Below, piece by piece: positions 37,901 to 52,908 of a stretch of DNA of 64,000 nucleotides. Origin of the DNA: Paragordius varius (taxonomy: Eukaryota > Animalia > Nematomorpha). The stretch lies in assembly GCA_964247055.1 (NCBI GenBank), contig OZ176057.1, positions 124,001-188,000 of the forward strand. The letters run 5' to 3'. Each line of letters begins with the position of its first letter. Position 1 is the first letter of the stretch. A program made the position numbers and the translations under genes. The notes under the pieces were generated by a model. That model saw nothing but the letters and a program-made list of their open reading frames with translations, made no database searches and was not told the DNA's origin.

Positions 37901-40129
37901 CTATCCTAATACTGAAAAGGGGTGGCTTCGGTGGCGGATGGATGTAAACTCAATATACGATATTTCATTAAGACAGTTGCATCAATCAGGTCTAAGTCTT
38001 ACAAAAAACCGTCCGGCAAAATCTGTTCAAATTGGTTCTCAGCCAAATCAACCAACCTTCCCTCCATCTATCCTAATACTGAAAAGGGGTGGCTTCGGTG
38101 GCGGATGGATGTAAACTCAATATACGATATTCCATTAAGACAGTTGCATCAATCAGGTTTAAGTCTTACAAAAAACCGTCCGGCAAAATCTGTTCAAATT
38201 GGTTCTCAGCCAAATCAACCAACCTTACTAACTCCATCTATCCTAATACTGAAAAGGGGTGGCTTCGGTGGCGGATGGATGTAAACTCAATATACGAATA
38301 TCCATTACGCAATCAGGTCCAAGTCTTACAAAAAACCGTCCGGCAAAATCTGTTCAAATTGGTTGTCAGCCAAATCAACCAATCTTCCTAACTCCGTCTA
38401 TCCTAATACTGAAAAGGGGTGGCTTCGGTGGCGGATGGATGTAAACTCAATATACGATATTTCATTAAGACAGTTGCATCAATCAGGTCCAAGTCTTACA
38501 AAAAACCGTCCGGCAAAATCTGTTCAAATTGGTTCTCAGCCAAATCAACCAACCTTCCTAACTCCATCTATCCTAATACTGAAAGGGGGTGGTTTCGGTG
38601 GCGGATGGATGTAAACTCAATATACGATATTCCATTAAGACAGTTGCATCAATCAGGTCCAAGTCTTACAAAAAACCGTTACGCAAAATCTGTTCAAATT
38701 GGTTCTCAGCCAAATCAACCAACCTTCCTAACTCCATCTATCCTAATACTGAAAAGGGGTGGCTTCGGTGGCGGATGGATGTAAGCTCAATATACGATAT
38801 TCCAATAAGACAGTTACATCAATGTTTAAGTCTTACAAAAAACCGTCCGGCAAAATCTATTCAAATTGGATCTTAGCCAAATCAACCAACCTTCCTAACT
38901 CCATCTATCCTAATACTGAAAAGGGGTGGCTTCGGTGGCGGATGGATGTTAACTCAATATACGATATTTTAATAAGACAGTTACATCAATGTTTAAGTCT
39001 TACAAAAAACCGTCCGGCAAAATCTATTCAAATTGGTTCTCAGCCAAATCAACCAACCTTCCTAACTCCATCTATCCTAATACTGAAAAGGGGTGGTTTC
39101 GGTGGCGGATGGATGTAAACTCAATATACGATATTCCATTAAGACAGTTGCATCAATCAGGTTCAAGTCTTACAAAAAACCGTTACGCAAAATCTGTTCA
39201 AATTGGTTAGCCATATCAACCAATCTTCCTAACTCCATCTATCCTAATACTGAAAAGGGGTGGTTTCGGTGGCGGATGGATGTAAGCTCAATATACGATA
39301 TTCCATTAAGACAGTTGCATCAATCAGGTTTAAGTCTTACAAAAAACCGTCCGGCAAAATCTATTCAAATTGGTTCTCAGCCAAATCAACCAACCTTCCT
39401 AACTCCATCTATCCTAATACTGAAAAGGGGTGGTTTCGGTGGCGGATGGATGTAAACTCAATATACGATATTCCATTAAGACAGTTGCATCAATCAGGTC
39501 CAAGTCTTACAAAAAACCGTTACGCAAAATCTGTTCAAATTGGTTCTCAGCCAAATCAACCAACCTTCCTAACTCCATCTATCCTAATACTGAAAAGGGG
39601 TGGCTTCGGTGGCGGATGTATGTAAACTCAATATACGATATTCCATTAAGACTGTTGCATCAATAAGGTCCAAGTCTTACAAAAAACCGTTACGCAAAAT
39701 CTGTTCAAATTGGTTCTCAGCCAAATCAACCAACCTTCCTAACTCCATCTATCCTAATACTGAAAAGGGGTGGCTTCGGTGGCGGATGGATGTAAACTCA
39801 ATATACGATATTCCATTAAGACTGTTGCATCAATAAGGTCCAAGTCTTACAAAAAACCGTTACGCAAAATCTGTTCAAATTGGTTCTCAGCCAAATCAAC
39901 CAACCTTACTAACTCCATCTATCCTAATTGAAAAGGGGTGGTTTCGCTGGTGGATGGATGTAAACTCAATATACGAATGTCCATTAAGACCGTTGCATCA
40001 ATCAGGTCCAAGTCTTACAAAAAACCGTCCGGCAAAATCTGTTCAAATTGGTTCTCAGCCAAATCAACCAACCTTCCTAACTCCATCTATCTTAATACTG
40101 AAAGGTGGTGGTTTTGGTGGCGGATGGAT
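28966..40129 (+). repeat. Tandem satellite array, ~170-bp monomer, ~66 copies, with block duplications
   Basis: Monomer CCATCTATCCTAATACTGAAAAGGGGTGGCTTCGGTGGCGGATGGATGTAAACTCAATATACG...TCAACCAACCTTCCTAACT repeats continuously. Confidence 0.98.
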
Positions 40130-40774
40130 CCAAATAATAATAATAGGATAATCTATGTACACCAGCATCCAAAACATCTAATGCTTTAAGACATTTTCCT
40201 TTTCATATAATTCCAATACAGCTATCTTACTCACATAACTTATTTACAAAAAAATTTGTTATAAGCATTATATTTAATTAAAGTTTTTTATCCATCATTA
40301 ACCCTAAAAATGGGGTAACTATATCTTACAAAAAATAAATAAAACATATAAAATATATTGAGATATGTTGATGTTATTTTTTACAATCTATTTTTTGTGC
40401 CTTGTCAAAGATCAATTAGAGCAGGTAACGATTCCGATACCCTTAATTTTTTAGAACACTAATATTTTTTTACAACCAATATTATAGTTATTAGCAATTT
40501 TTATTTTAAAATCAAAACTAAAACCCTATTGTGTTATCTATACCTCTATATATTTTCTTAAAAATTAAAATTATAGACAAAACGTATAAAATTAAAGCAA
40601 ATATTTTTATATACGAATATCCATATTTGTTAAACCAATGTCCACTTTTTTCGGTATTCAAGAATGCTCTATAAAAATGTTAAAATATATAAAATTGAAT
40701 TTTAATCAAAATGTACGATTATTTAGATGATGTATCATCCAAAATTGAGCTCAAAATAAAACAAAAGTTTTTAT
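40130..40774 (+). repeat. Unique 3' flank F of the satellite, copy 2 (no hAT insertion)
   Basis: Colinear with 4646-5242 plus 8534-8575. Confidence 0.88.
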
Positions 40775-40910
40775 CAGGGCTTGAAACCGGTTTAAAAAAA
40801 GTGAAACCGGGACTGGGTCGGTTCCTAAACAAGTGAAACCAGAACCGCGTTTGCTCCTTAAAAATTTAGCGGTTCCGGAACCGGTTTTTCACATTTAGAA
40901 CCCGTTCCAT
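40775..40910. mobile_element. One terminus of a hAT element related to the 1977-2173 MITE (opposite orientation); other end not found
   Basis: CAGGGCTTGAAACCGGTT...ACATTTAGAACC matches the reverse complement of the MITE but continues into non-MITE sequence. Confidence 0.65.
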
Positions 40911-41756
40911 TTTCGGTTCTGACTTTTAATTAAATTATTAACAAAATTATTATTATAATAATACAACGAAAATTAAATCAAACAATTAATTATAAAATGT
41001 CAAATGTATAGTCAAAGAAATATAGATACCTTTGTACTTATACATTTTCTTATTATATTTATATTTGTTTCATCTACGTACAAAGTATATAGGTATGTTT
41101 TATTTATTGTGATATCCTATTAAACAAATTATGGTAAATATTTTATTTACCTATACATAAAAATCTATATTTAAATGGTTAATTTTTTTTGTTTAATACT
41201 TTTTAACACATTCATTTTTAAGCTAAAATCGAAAGGTAAGAATTTAGTCAACGTGACTTGTATGAAATAGTAAATATGAATAATAATACAAAATATATCA
41301 CTTACCTCGAAGTAGTTTGACATGGAACTTTTTTGAAAAAAAAATTTATTTAGAAATTTTGGCATATTTATATAATTTTTATAAGGAAAGAAGCATAATT
41401 AAATTGGGACCGTTTCTTTCACATAGTTTTTTAAAATTCTAACTCATATTTAGTCTCGGGTATATTAAGATAGCCCAATTTGAATCTAGGTGTTAAATAA
41501 AAATTTCATCAAAAAAAATTAATATATATTTTGCCTAACACAAATATTACCATTCCCCTTTAACAATATTTTTAAGATTTTCATTTTTTACCAAAGATTT
41601 TGGACGCCCTTCACCCACACTTCTTTTTCTCTTTTACTGAATATGATATGGTTAATACCATATAACTCTTGTTTTTCTAATATTTACCAAATATTTATAC
41701 CCATTTAATGAAATAAAGTAAATTTTTGATAAAATAAAGTCCACATGACTGTATTT

Positions 41757-44015
41757 ATTTGCACTTCAATCAACATCTTAAAGAGACCTATTAACATCTC
41801 ATGTTAAACACCAGGTCTTTAAACATTTCATGTTGGGCCTTGAACTTATTATTGCCAAGTATTTTAAACCTTTTAATTATTTATTATTAATATAATCGAA
41901 TTCACTCCAATTATTTTGATATGATTACTTTTTATTATTATTTTTTATTTTTATAAAACAACCTATTAAAAATAATGTATTTAGTTTTGTACCAATTCTA
42001 ACTTTAGTCATTTTAAACAACCATTATTTATAAAGTAATTTTAAAAACTGTATGTATGTATAGCTTATTATTACTGCTGTTAACGTGTATTTGATGATTT
42101 GGAATAGAATATCTAATTATAAACACCTTTAGTTAACATAAGAAACTTAATCAGAAATATTTAATAAACTTTCAAGGACCTTGAAGCCTTAAAGCAGACT
42201 CTTGAAATGCAAACGCGTACATTTTGTTACACATAATTTTTTTAAAAGCTAAATGCTTCATTCAATTTACTTATATTATAAACTACATATAAAAGTAAAA
42301 GAATATTTTGAAAAATTCTTTGAAATAAAAGCTAAATGCAAAATTTCAATCATAAAAATTTTTAAAAAATGCATAGTTTGTTTAAGAATTTAATTTTTAA
42401 AATATGTTGAAACGTACTTTATACTTTTTTGAGCGATGATGGAAACGATAAATTGCCTTAAGATATTACAAATTTTACTAAATAGATTGATGCTAAACAT
42501 TTTTCACCTCATATTCCTTTTTAAAATATCCGCTATTTAAATAAATGTTATATAAAAGCACTCAACTGAAATTTTAATTTTGGGAACATGTAAAAAACAA
42601 ATTATTAATTTTGTGTACATCACAGCTTTGGCCGCATTACACCGTTTTTTACATGGTGGCGCATTTAAAATAATGCTGAGATGGATTTTTTTTGCTTTTA
42701 TACTTGAAATGCCATAACTACTATTAATACATTGTATCATCATAGTTATATAATTGCCTCAAATATTTATTTGTGGAGAAGAGGTTTTGTAAAAAATGTC
42801 TTTTTACCAGGAGAGTTGATAAATACAGAATAAATATGAAAATTGGATAACTATGTTAGGCTTTTTCCCAAATAAGAATAAAACATTATTAAATAATATT
42901 CGCTTAGATATTATTTATAAAGAGTTAATTTAACCTCTGTCACGCTCGAGAAGCCTAAGTTAGAGCTAATTAATTTGGCCTGATTATAGTTAGGAATTAA
43001 ATTCAATAAATTTTACACATTTTTTGGAAAATAATGTTTCAAAACTCAATTAATATTTAAGTAAGGTACAAATCTGGGAAATTCCAAAACATAACATACT
43101 TTGTAAATAGATTTCATACAAGTGAAATAAGTTTGAAGTACAAAAAGATATGGGATACCGTTATGTGTTTTTATAAACAAAGAGTTTGAACTACCAAAAA
43201 ATAGGTAAAAAAATAAGGTTAATTTTTTGAAGTGCTTGTCAATAATTTTCTACTAACATTTTGAACTTCAATATTTTTCAAACTATCAATATATTTTTTT
43301 ATTTTATGATTGAATGTTACTCATAAAAATATTAATATCCCTAAACCTCTGCCATCAGGTATAACTCTAGTCTCTAAAATTAAGAGTAGTAATAGCAAAA
43401 TCGCAATATATAGTATACTTTAAATTTTTAAAAATTACACAACTTATCATTAGATTAAAATTTTTAATAATGTGACCAGATAGGTATTCGCAGTACAGTA
43501 CTGGGTTTTCAGAAAAGAACTGCGACTGTACTGAGCCCACATTTGTATCAATTACCTTTAATTTATTCAAAAAAATTATTTTAGAATTTTGTATAGTATT
43601 CAAAAACTCAAAATTTGTGAGGAAATGGTTCATTTTGCGGTTTTTTATTTGGGATAATATTTTTTTCTGCTCTATTTATACTTAAAATTATGGGTTGCAG
43701 CCTATAGCGCAGTGGAAAAACTATAGATTTTCAAATTAATTTTTTTTCCAATTCTACAAAAATATTACCTTTTAAATGTTTTCAACGAAAAATTGTAGAT
43801 AATACCCCAGAAAACTTATATATTTTCAATTGAGTTAAAATCTTATGAATTTTAAAAAAATTGATGAAGATATAGGATTCTGAAAGATTAAAAGTTGTTA
43901 TTGATATAAAATTCACGTTAAATGGAAAATGGGTTAAAACAATAGATTAATAAAAATTAAAAAAAAGTCAAAGGACCAACTTGAAATGTTAAAGAACCAC
44001 TCTTGAAGTGCAAAT
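41757..44015. repeat. Candidate TIR-bounded relic; related inverted motifs also at ~8762-8790 and ~9940-9990
   Basis: 13-bp inverted repeat ATTTGCACTTCAA / TTGAAGTGCAAAT plus subterminal CCTTAAACA.TTCAAGTTGGTCC-like motifs; no TSD or ORF seen. Confidence 0.35.
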
Positions 44016-44334
44016 GCTAAGTCGTCAAATATTTAGATGCTTGTTATTTTAAATGTTATTATCCAAAAACAAAAGCTTACTGATATACTATGTGTGACAT
44101 TTCATAAATTGTAATACATTATGAATTTTAATGGTTTCTTATTTCACACTATAGTTGGTCAATTCGAACACAGTAGAGAAGGGGAAACAATATCAAAACA
44201 CTGAATTAAATAAACATATTATGTAAAAAAGAAAAAACTGTTTCCTGTGTTGTATGACCAACTATAGTTTGGATAGGCACTAAAATACATACTACTGTTA
44301 CAAATTATAATATTTAATTCATATATATATATAG

Positions 44335-47046
44335 ATACCCATTGTGTGGTCAGACTCCGGTTCTGGTTTTCTTGGCCATAATATTGCATTTGGATCAAAT
44401 GAGAGTAAAACTCATGTGAAATTCTTTGAAGATACCAATTACCGATTACCACGAACAATTAAACCTCTTTCGTACAATTTAACGATTTCACCTAATTGGT
44501 TTAATTTGAATACTACAACTTCGCATCGATGTCATTCATTTAATGGTATCACAAATTATTATGTTTTAATTATTTATATTGTGACAATAATTAAAAATAT
44601 TTGTTAGAGCTAAACAACACTCTGCGATAAAAAATGATGGTCAAATATTCTTTTAAAATCATATATCATTCAATAAAACAAACGCAATAAATAATGTAAT
44701 GATAAATGCGGTTATACTGGACAAGTCATTTTAATTTTTTGCTGTTTACATTAAATAAAAATAATAAAAAATATAAATAATATAAATATTTTTTCTAAAT
44801 ATATGACAAACTTCTGTAAAAGTTTTTAAGGAGATTCAAAAACTGGAATCCAAAGCCAAGATGGCGCCAAATTTATATTACAGAATGCATTTTAATGGTT
44901 GCTTATTTCACACTATTGAAGGGCACTTTACAACATAGGAGTGTATGGAAAAAGGAATTAATTGTTTATTTAACATTTTGTCATTTCCATACACTATTTT
45001 GTTGCAAATCGCCCAATTATAGTGTGAAAATCTAACATCAATGTAATTTATGCTCGCAATTTAAAATGAGTTTCATCTAATAAAATCCACTATAAAAAGT
45101 CTATGTATTTTAAACTATAATCTAACTAAATTTAATTTTGTAGATATAAACAAATTATATTTAAACGACGTGGTTTCCTCTTTTGTCATCATTTAACCTA
45201 ATGTGGGATGAAAAGCGATAATTTCGTTAATAGCATGACTTTTTTCTAGTTAAATAGCATTTATCATTTTGATTTTAATCTATCCAAGCTTGCTACATAT
45301 ATGAATTATAAATTTATTTTTGTTACCCTTTATGTAATGATATATATTTATGCATCTAATACATTAACTTTATTAAATCATAATGGTAAAAACACAATAA
45401 TACCACATTTTGATTTTAGGTCGTCTCGAATTTACATTCCTTGTTTTGCAAAACACTTCTACTATCGTGCTCAATAATAAGGGATTACGTTTTAGTCGTG
45501 TGACACTTGAATCGATATCAAAAAATAATACGGAAAAATCTTTTCCGTTTATTTTAATTCCACCTAAAGACATAGTTTATGAGGACAATGTATTTGAAAT
45601 GGTTCGGATAGATTTGACACATGTTTTAAGGAAATTCAATTTCCACGCTCCACTTTTAGCACACAACCAATATATGTTGACGATCAATTACCATGGTAAC
45701 ATAAGCCCTACTTTGACAGGATTATATTCAAGCCAATATACGGATACTGATAACAACACTCAGTAAACGAAAACACTTTAAAAATATACAATATTGTTAT
45801 TGTTACATAAAAAATTTATGCTCTAAGAATAAAGCGTAATAATATACAAACTGGGTAGTTAGCATTAATGATTAATTTTAAAACATTAATATCTACAATA
45901 AAGGTTTAATGAGGGGGCAAATTGCAGTTTTTTTAAAAACAATCTAACTTTCGCTTTCGTCTAACTTTACTGTATCATAGTTATTTGCTATCTACCCAAT
46001 TTGAACCAAACTTTGCACGCCAAGCCTTCCCTTGTATGGATGAACCAGATCGCAAGGCTATCTTTTTCATAAACTTAGACAGACCCTCAAATCTCATATC
46101 GCTCTCAAACATGCCAAAAGTCAGGACAGTTAAAAGTTCTTCTGCAAACTTAGAAAGGGATATTTTTATGCCATCGCCTTTAATGATTACATATTTGGTG
46201 GCCTGGGTCATTTGTGATTTCAAAGCTGTGACCACAACAAGATATGGTGTAAAAGTATTAAATGCATTCTTATCAAAATTTATTGATGAATCTCTATAAT
46301 CAATGGACTATAAATTTCATATTTGTTCTTTGTATAGATCAGTGTATATGTTCCTCCGCAACAAATCGATCAAGCTGAATTTGCTTTAGATTATGCCGTC
46401 AAATCTTTAAATTTCTACAACGAATATTTCCAGATACTATTCCCGCTCCCGAAAATTGGTAATTATCATTGTGTATTTGGGATCGAAATTAATTAGTATT
46501 TTGGTAATTTTCAACCAAGTTTTCCAGCTTCCAGTATTCTAAATTACCAAATATTTTTAACACCTCAAAATTTTTACTAAAATACTTCTTTAAATTGTCA
46601 TAAATATAAATTGTGTTTCTTACCAAAATTTACCGACTCATCGATTTATATAGAAAAAGTGTTTTTATATTATCTTAAAAAGTTTCTCATACCTTTTATA
46701 TCATGCTTGAAAATAGTAAGTTTCATTAAAAGTTATGTAATAAAATATTTTCAAAAAAGCATGCAATTTTATAAATAATATTAAATTTTAGGATTTACAT
46801 ATATTAAACTTTTATTGCGCAATCTCGGCATTTCTGTTTTTCGCAAACTTGTCCATTTTAGAAGGGCGAAAAAATTTCCTCCAATAATTAAAATTTTTCA
46901 AAATATTATTTGACTTTTATATTTTTTAAGCAAGTTTTACCCAAAAAAATGTTAAGATAGTGTGCGCAAAATTGGCCGTTTCTGATAGGAAGCATTTACT
47001 ACAAAATTGGAAATATTTTTCTTAAAAACAAAAACCCTTGATAATC

Positions 47047-47101
<55 letters not shown>

Positions 47102-50100
47102 ATCAGGACATTTTGTATATTCCCCAATTTGGACTCAGTGTTAAAGGACACTAAGAATATATATTCTCTTTTATAAGAATTAAATTATTTATAAAGCAAT
47201 TTGTTAATTGTGCGTGTGGTGTCAATTAAATATGGATACACATTTTTTAAAAAAAATTATAATTTTACCCCCCACCTAACCATAAAACGTAAAAAGGTGT
47301 TAATTTTCAATACTAAATAATCATATGCCTTATATACATTTGCACTGTTTTGCACTTCAATATCATAAATGAATGATTATTCCAGGCAAATTTTAGTTAA
47401 AAAGATATTTCTGGCTTTCTTATTTTTATAATCTATTGTATATTACAAAAAATTATTTCAGAACTTCGGCTTTTTAACGTTTATATTAAGTTCTAAAATT
47501 TTTATACATTTAAATAAAGATATTTTATAAAAGTATCGTTTTACATTAGAAATTATTATTATAATAATAATAACATTTTATGGAATGCATCTTTCACCTA
47601 AAAATATTTATGGCAAAATATGCGCCTTTTTCGCCTTTTTTGATTGGAGCAATTGCAACAAAATGGTAATAACTTCCTTATTTCATTCTTAAAGCCAAGA
47701 CCAAAAGCACTATTACAATTATCTATCAGAATATACATTTTAACATATTTTTTGCGTTTACTGATTAATGAACAAAAACTTACATTTTGGATCCTACAAT
47801 TCTACGATGCCTTTAAAATTCAAATACAAGACTGATAATAATATATGTTGGCAAGTGCAACATAAATTAATATGATTATGTTTATTTTTTAAATAATAGT
47901 TTTTAGCTATTTTAACAAATAGAAAAAATATTTGAAACGATTTTTACAGTTTTTGATATCTTTGGAGGAATGCGGCTAAAAAGATGCATCTTTAATTTGG
48001 CACAATCATATTTAGAATCTAATCCAAAATATATCACCCCAAAAATAAAATGTGTTAAGAAGATCCTACACTATTAAAAATATTGAAAGTATTCTAGAGG
48101 TTTAGAGGGGTATATATACCAAATAATGAAATAGTTATATCAGTTGAAATTTATTATGTATCCTGGTGAAATATTATAGTTGAAACATTAGCTTCTCCCA
48201 AAATAATATATTTTGCGCGATTTAGGCGATTTTTATTCAAACTATTACAATGATTTTAACCTTTTATACTAGAAATAACAGTTGATACTTATGAATCCAG
48301 TTGAAAATTGCTTATAAAAATTAAAAAATTTTATGTCACTCTGATATAAATGGCAACCAATTTAATTTCCATGCTTGTATTAAACATGTCGCTTTTTTGC
48401 TTCAATGTGCACATTTGAAATAATACATTATCATCCTTATTCATTTCTTTAATTACTATTTAATACATGAAAATTATTTTTTATTTTTATACAATAGATT
48501 TTATAGCTATACCGGATTTTCTTAGCGGTGGCATGGAAAACTGGGGTTTAGTTACTTATCGCATGATTGGATTGCTTTATAAACCAAATGTCAACTCTGA
48601 ATTTCAAAAAGAGTTTGTCGCTCTCATCATTGGTCATGAAATGGCGCATCAAGTTATGATAATATATATTAAAATATTGTTTGAGTTTATAGGTTTTATA
48701 ATGTAAAAGTTTTTTAACAAAAAAGCGTATCACTAAAATCAACATGTTTAGCATTTTATATAGCTTATATTAATATTAACTAAGTATTCGACTACTGATT
48801 CTTAATGTATTCAACCTATAATATCGATAAAAAAAAAAATTTTAAGATTATGGTTGACTTTGTTCAATCTCACCTTTGTAATTGCGACTTTAAAAACAAA
48901 CTAGATTTTTATTTTTAAACTAAATGTCCCAATTTTTTGTCCCTTTTTCAGACCACTAACTTAGCTATTGTGCTGGACAGCTCTGGTAAAGTTGAATTAT
49001 AAAATCAGAACCCTGAACCAATAGGCGTTTCGAATAACTACACTTCTAAACAAATATGATAAAATAATATAAAGAAGGCTACACGTTTATACAGGAAGCC
49101 TTTGATGACCCCAATTCATAAAAAGCGGTCATCATTAAGTTATTTAATAAAGATCATAAAATAATGTTTACGCGTTTTCCGGAAATATGCTTGAAGTTAT
49201 TTTGTGTTGAAAATTAAAATATGTGTAGATAAATTGCACACAAGCTTACCTCAAAGTGACCGGTTATGATAATATATCTAAAATATAAAATTATAACAAT
49301 ATATATGGGGTACGTTTCCATAATATCATAGTTATTTATGGGGCGTGGTTCTAGTCAAGAACTAATTTTAAAATGCCTTAAACTCTTTTCATAAAATTAT
49401 AACCCAAATTTATTTCAAACCATTTTTTGCGCTTAATTTGAAGGTTGTCTTAACCACGATTGGCGCATTCATAATAAAAATATTTTTTTATTATTTTATG
49501 GAGTTATTCGTTTTCAAACTTAAGGACATTTCAATTTTTAGATTTAAAAATTTTAAAAGATTCCTTAAAACAAATTTAAGTTAACCCCTAAGGCTGGACA
49601 TTTATTCTGTCCAAAAAGACCGCCACCTTGATTTTTCCAATTACATATTTAACAAATTTTTTGCGCATTTATAGTGGTTCGGTAATTTAGTGACCATGAG
49701 TTGGTGGGATGATTTGTGGCTTAAAGAAGGTTTCGCAAACTACATGGCCATCATTTGTGCCGATGCAATCTTTCCCCAATGGAGTATCACTTTTATTATT
49801 TATTATATAATTAATCAAAAAACTGTTAGTTTTAGAATCAAAATTGATCACTTAAATATTATAGGCTATTTGATAATTTTGCAAAATCTTGGAGAAAAAG
49901 CCAAAAAAATAAAATTTCTTTTCTATGAAGTTATGGATCGCATTAATGTGCCAAATTTTGGGCCCCAAATCACATTTTATTTTTTATTTCAGGAATGCTA
50001 TTAATTTTAATGCAAAACATGAAAGTCGTTTTTTTTTCACGGACAAAAAATTAAAATCTAAAATTACTTTTGTGTCGATATCTCCATAAAAAAAATCGCA

Positions 50101-52908
50101 AAATTTTCTTCTATATTGTTTAAGAGAATTTATTTGGTAAAAGCTAAATGATTAAATTTAAACACATATTGTTAGTTATTCTCTATATATAAATCCAGCA
50201 ATATCATAATTGTACTTAGGCTCCGAAATTAGCCAATATTAGGATCCTTTAAATGGGCCAATTTTCTAAAATAAAAAGGAAAACGACTTTTACATACGCT
50301 TAATTACGAAATCAAAAAAAAATTTAACTATTTTTATGAACCGCATTTTTTGGCATTATAGAGCATCAAACGGTTATAACAACACTTTTACATACAAAAA
50401 TTTTAAAAATTTGCTTTTTAAAATATAATATTTTTTGGAATAAGCACAAAAAAATGCATTTGCTATAATATCCGCTAATTACACTAGACAACAAATTTTT
50501 CTGCCACTCAAGTTTTTTGCATTTTTTGATATTTAATATCATTTTAACAGTAAATCTGAAATAAAAATTATAACTCGTTGGAAGAATTTTGTATAATTTG
50601 ATATTTTAGATTATGCGCCCTCTTTATCAAAATTTTACTAAAAAATGTTTTTCTTTGAAAATATACAAGTAATGCCCATTTGTAATATATCATTCGAAAG
50701 AGTATTAAAAACTCTATAAAATGTATACTAATATGTATTACATCGACAGTTAATATTGGACACAAAGAGCGACAAACGCGCGAAGCGAGAGCATTTTTTT
50801 TAATTATTATAATTTTAAAACTAATGGATAAAAATAGCTCAAACTTTGTTTAGATGGAGATGAATGTCCAAAAAAGATAACACAAGAAAGTTTTTTTTGA
50901 TTAAAACATTTTTTATTGCTTTTATGTCACTCAAAACAGCCATTTTTAAGTTTTTTGTTTTTAAAAATTACCATCTCATCAATATTAATTATTTTTTATA
51001 CAAGGCTGATAATTTCGAAATTTTAAAGGTAATAACAAAGATTAAGGTCTTTTTGATCCTTTATAGCCATTATGTAATAAATTTACAGTTATAACTATGT
51101 ATTTTAGTATCCACTAGGTAAAATAATTATGATAATAATAATATCTATTAAAAAAGCAAACCAAAAGCTTTTCAAATATTTTTTTAATTAAATACTAATA
51201 TAATCCTAATAATTATATTAAAATAATTTATATGATTTTCAAATTAGTTTGTTTGTGAAAATTCCTGGCTTATTTAAGGATAGAAAATTTCGACTATTTA
51301 AATCCAAATAACTTTTACATCCGATTGATTTAAATGACTTACTACCATTTAAAAGATGCAGTTTTTTGCGCTCTTTCGAATGATATAAAATACATGGCTT
51401 CATATCTAAAACTTTAAATTTATGAAATTTCGAGTTTAATGTTAAATCGGGGCAAAAAATTATCGATAAACTCTAATATAAAAAAATTCTTTCATGTAGG
51501 ACCAATTTTCTTTTCAGATATACTAATTATGTACTTTAATGAAATAAATTTTAAATTTACAAGAATGGCAGTTAAAAAAGTTAAAATTTGTTGTCTAGTG
51601 TTATGGGACTTTTCGATATGAAATCACCATAAAAGTGGAAGAATCTTTGGCTAGTTACTTGCAAGCCCCAAAATCAAAAGCACCAAAAAATCTCATTACA
51701 TTTTATCGTAATACATATCATCATCTCAAAATAACCCCCTAAATAGTACACTGTAATGTGGGACCCATGAGTTACACATAAATCAATATGGGCTTAGGAT
51801 GGTCTACATACAAACAATTTGATTTTTTGGACCAATTATAGTTGGTTAAGAAGCTCGAAAGGGCAACCGAATGATTTCCAGGATAAGACTTATATAATTT
51901 GAATTTTAAAATTGTACGGTCACTTAATATCATGTGTAAAATGCCATGAATCTTAACATATTTGTTTGAAAGGCTCTAATTATTTTAGATGTATTTGATC
52001 GATTTATATCGTTGTTGAGTTCTAAAATCATTCCTTTGGATGTTTTATCGAATTCACGTTTAGTGAGTAATAGTTTGGTAGTCAAACCATCGGATATTCA
52101 ATCTCCCTATGATCTTATATCTTACAACAAAGCAGCGCTATTGATTCGTATGCTTGATGGGCTTATCCTTCCACAGGCTGTTTTTAAAAAAGGTTAACTC
52201 TTGATATTCCTCATTTTTATATTTTGATTAACACTGTACCATAAAAATTAATATAGGTTTCTGGACCTAAAAAGCCTAGATGTCAAACTTTTACACTAAA
52301 ACCCGATAAACTATCATTTACCCTAATTTTTTTATAGTACATATAATAAGGGTTATAAATATGGACTTTAGAATGAATTTTACCCTTATTTTACCACCTT
52401 AAATATAACGGATTATTATAATATTGACATTATTTTGTTGTATGGCTTTTTCATAAGCATATTTCTGTGAAGTTTTAGATTCTGCGGCTTATAAAAAACT
52501 CCAAAATCGTATTTATATAACCTAACTTTTAAAATGCTTTAGGTATGAATGCTTTTTTAGCCAAGTATGCCTATATGAATGCCTGTGGGAATGATTTATG
52601 GAAAGTTCTACAAGAATCCTATGGAAATTTTGGTAAAAATACGCAATAATTTTGCAATAACATTCGAAATGATAGGTCTTAAATATGTATAGTAAAATAT
52701 AAATAAGCCGCATAAAAGGTAAAATAATGGAATTTTTATATTTTTAATTATGGTTATCGAGAATAAGGTTACTAATAAACTAATCATTTGGTTTACAAAT
52801 TTCATATTTTTTAATTTTATTGTATAAATATGGTAAGCAGGGAATTACTCAATTGATAAAGAATTGATGCCTACTATTGAAACTATCATGAATGGATGGA
52901 TTAAACAA
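44335..52908 (+). CDS. M1-family zinc aminopeptidase (aminopeptidase N/ERAP-like), partial; exons 44335-44545, 45420-45762, 45981-46254, 46338-46458, 48498-48652, 49675-49783, 51989-52192, 52543-52632, 52841-52908; first exon and C-terminal domains not found
   Basis: Phase-consistent exons with [41 protein letters not shown]-x18-E (WLKEG), SYNK and IMNGWIKQ. Confidence 0.9.
47051..47096. repeat. (TA)n microsatellite
   Basis: Direct reading; shorter TA runs occur at ~8643-8668 and ~12341-12358. Confidence 0.9.
50482..51600 (+). mobile_element. Chapaev3/CMC-like non-autonomous element, copy B (aminopeptidase intron)
   Basis: TIR CACTAGACAACAAATTTT / AAAATTTGTTGTCTAGTG; TTA TSD (50479-50481 and 51601-51603). 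Confidence 0.82.

Noticed and set aside
28966-40129. CRISPR-like array
   Set aside because: No unique spacers (the whole unit repeats), no cas genes, and eukaryotic context.
28966-40129. Satellite-encoded ribozyme (hammerhead, twister or HDV-like)
   Set aside because: Partial look-alikes exist (CUGAUUGA on the minus strand; CCUAAUACUG and GGUCCAAGUC; AGG-UCCAAGU-CUU), but the required partner helices could not be formed.
29003-40189. Dozens of 60-130-aa ORFs (MASVADGCKLNIR..., ...GGFGGGWM) as a repetitive protein gene
   Set aside because: The monomer (170 bp) is not a multiple of 3, each frame hits a stop every ~2 units, and indels are frame-random; these are satellite by-products.
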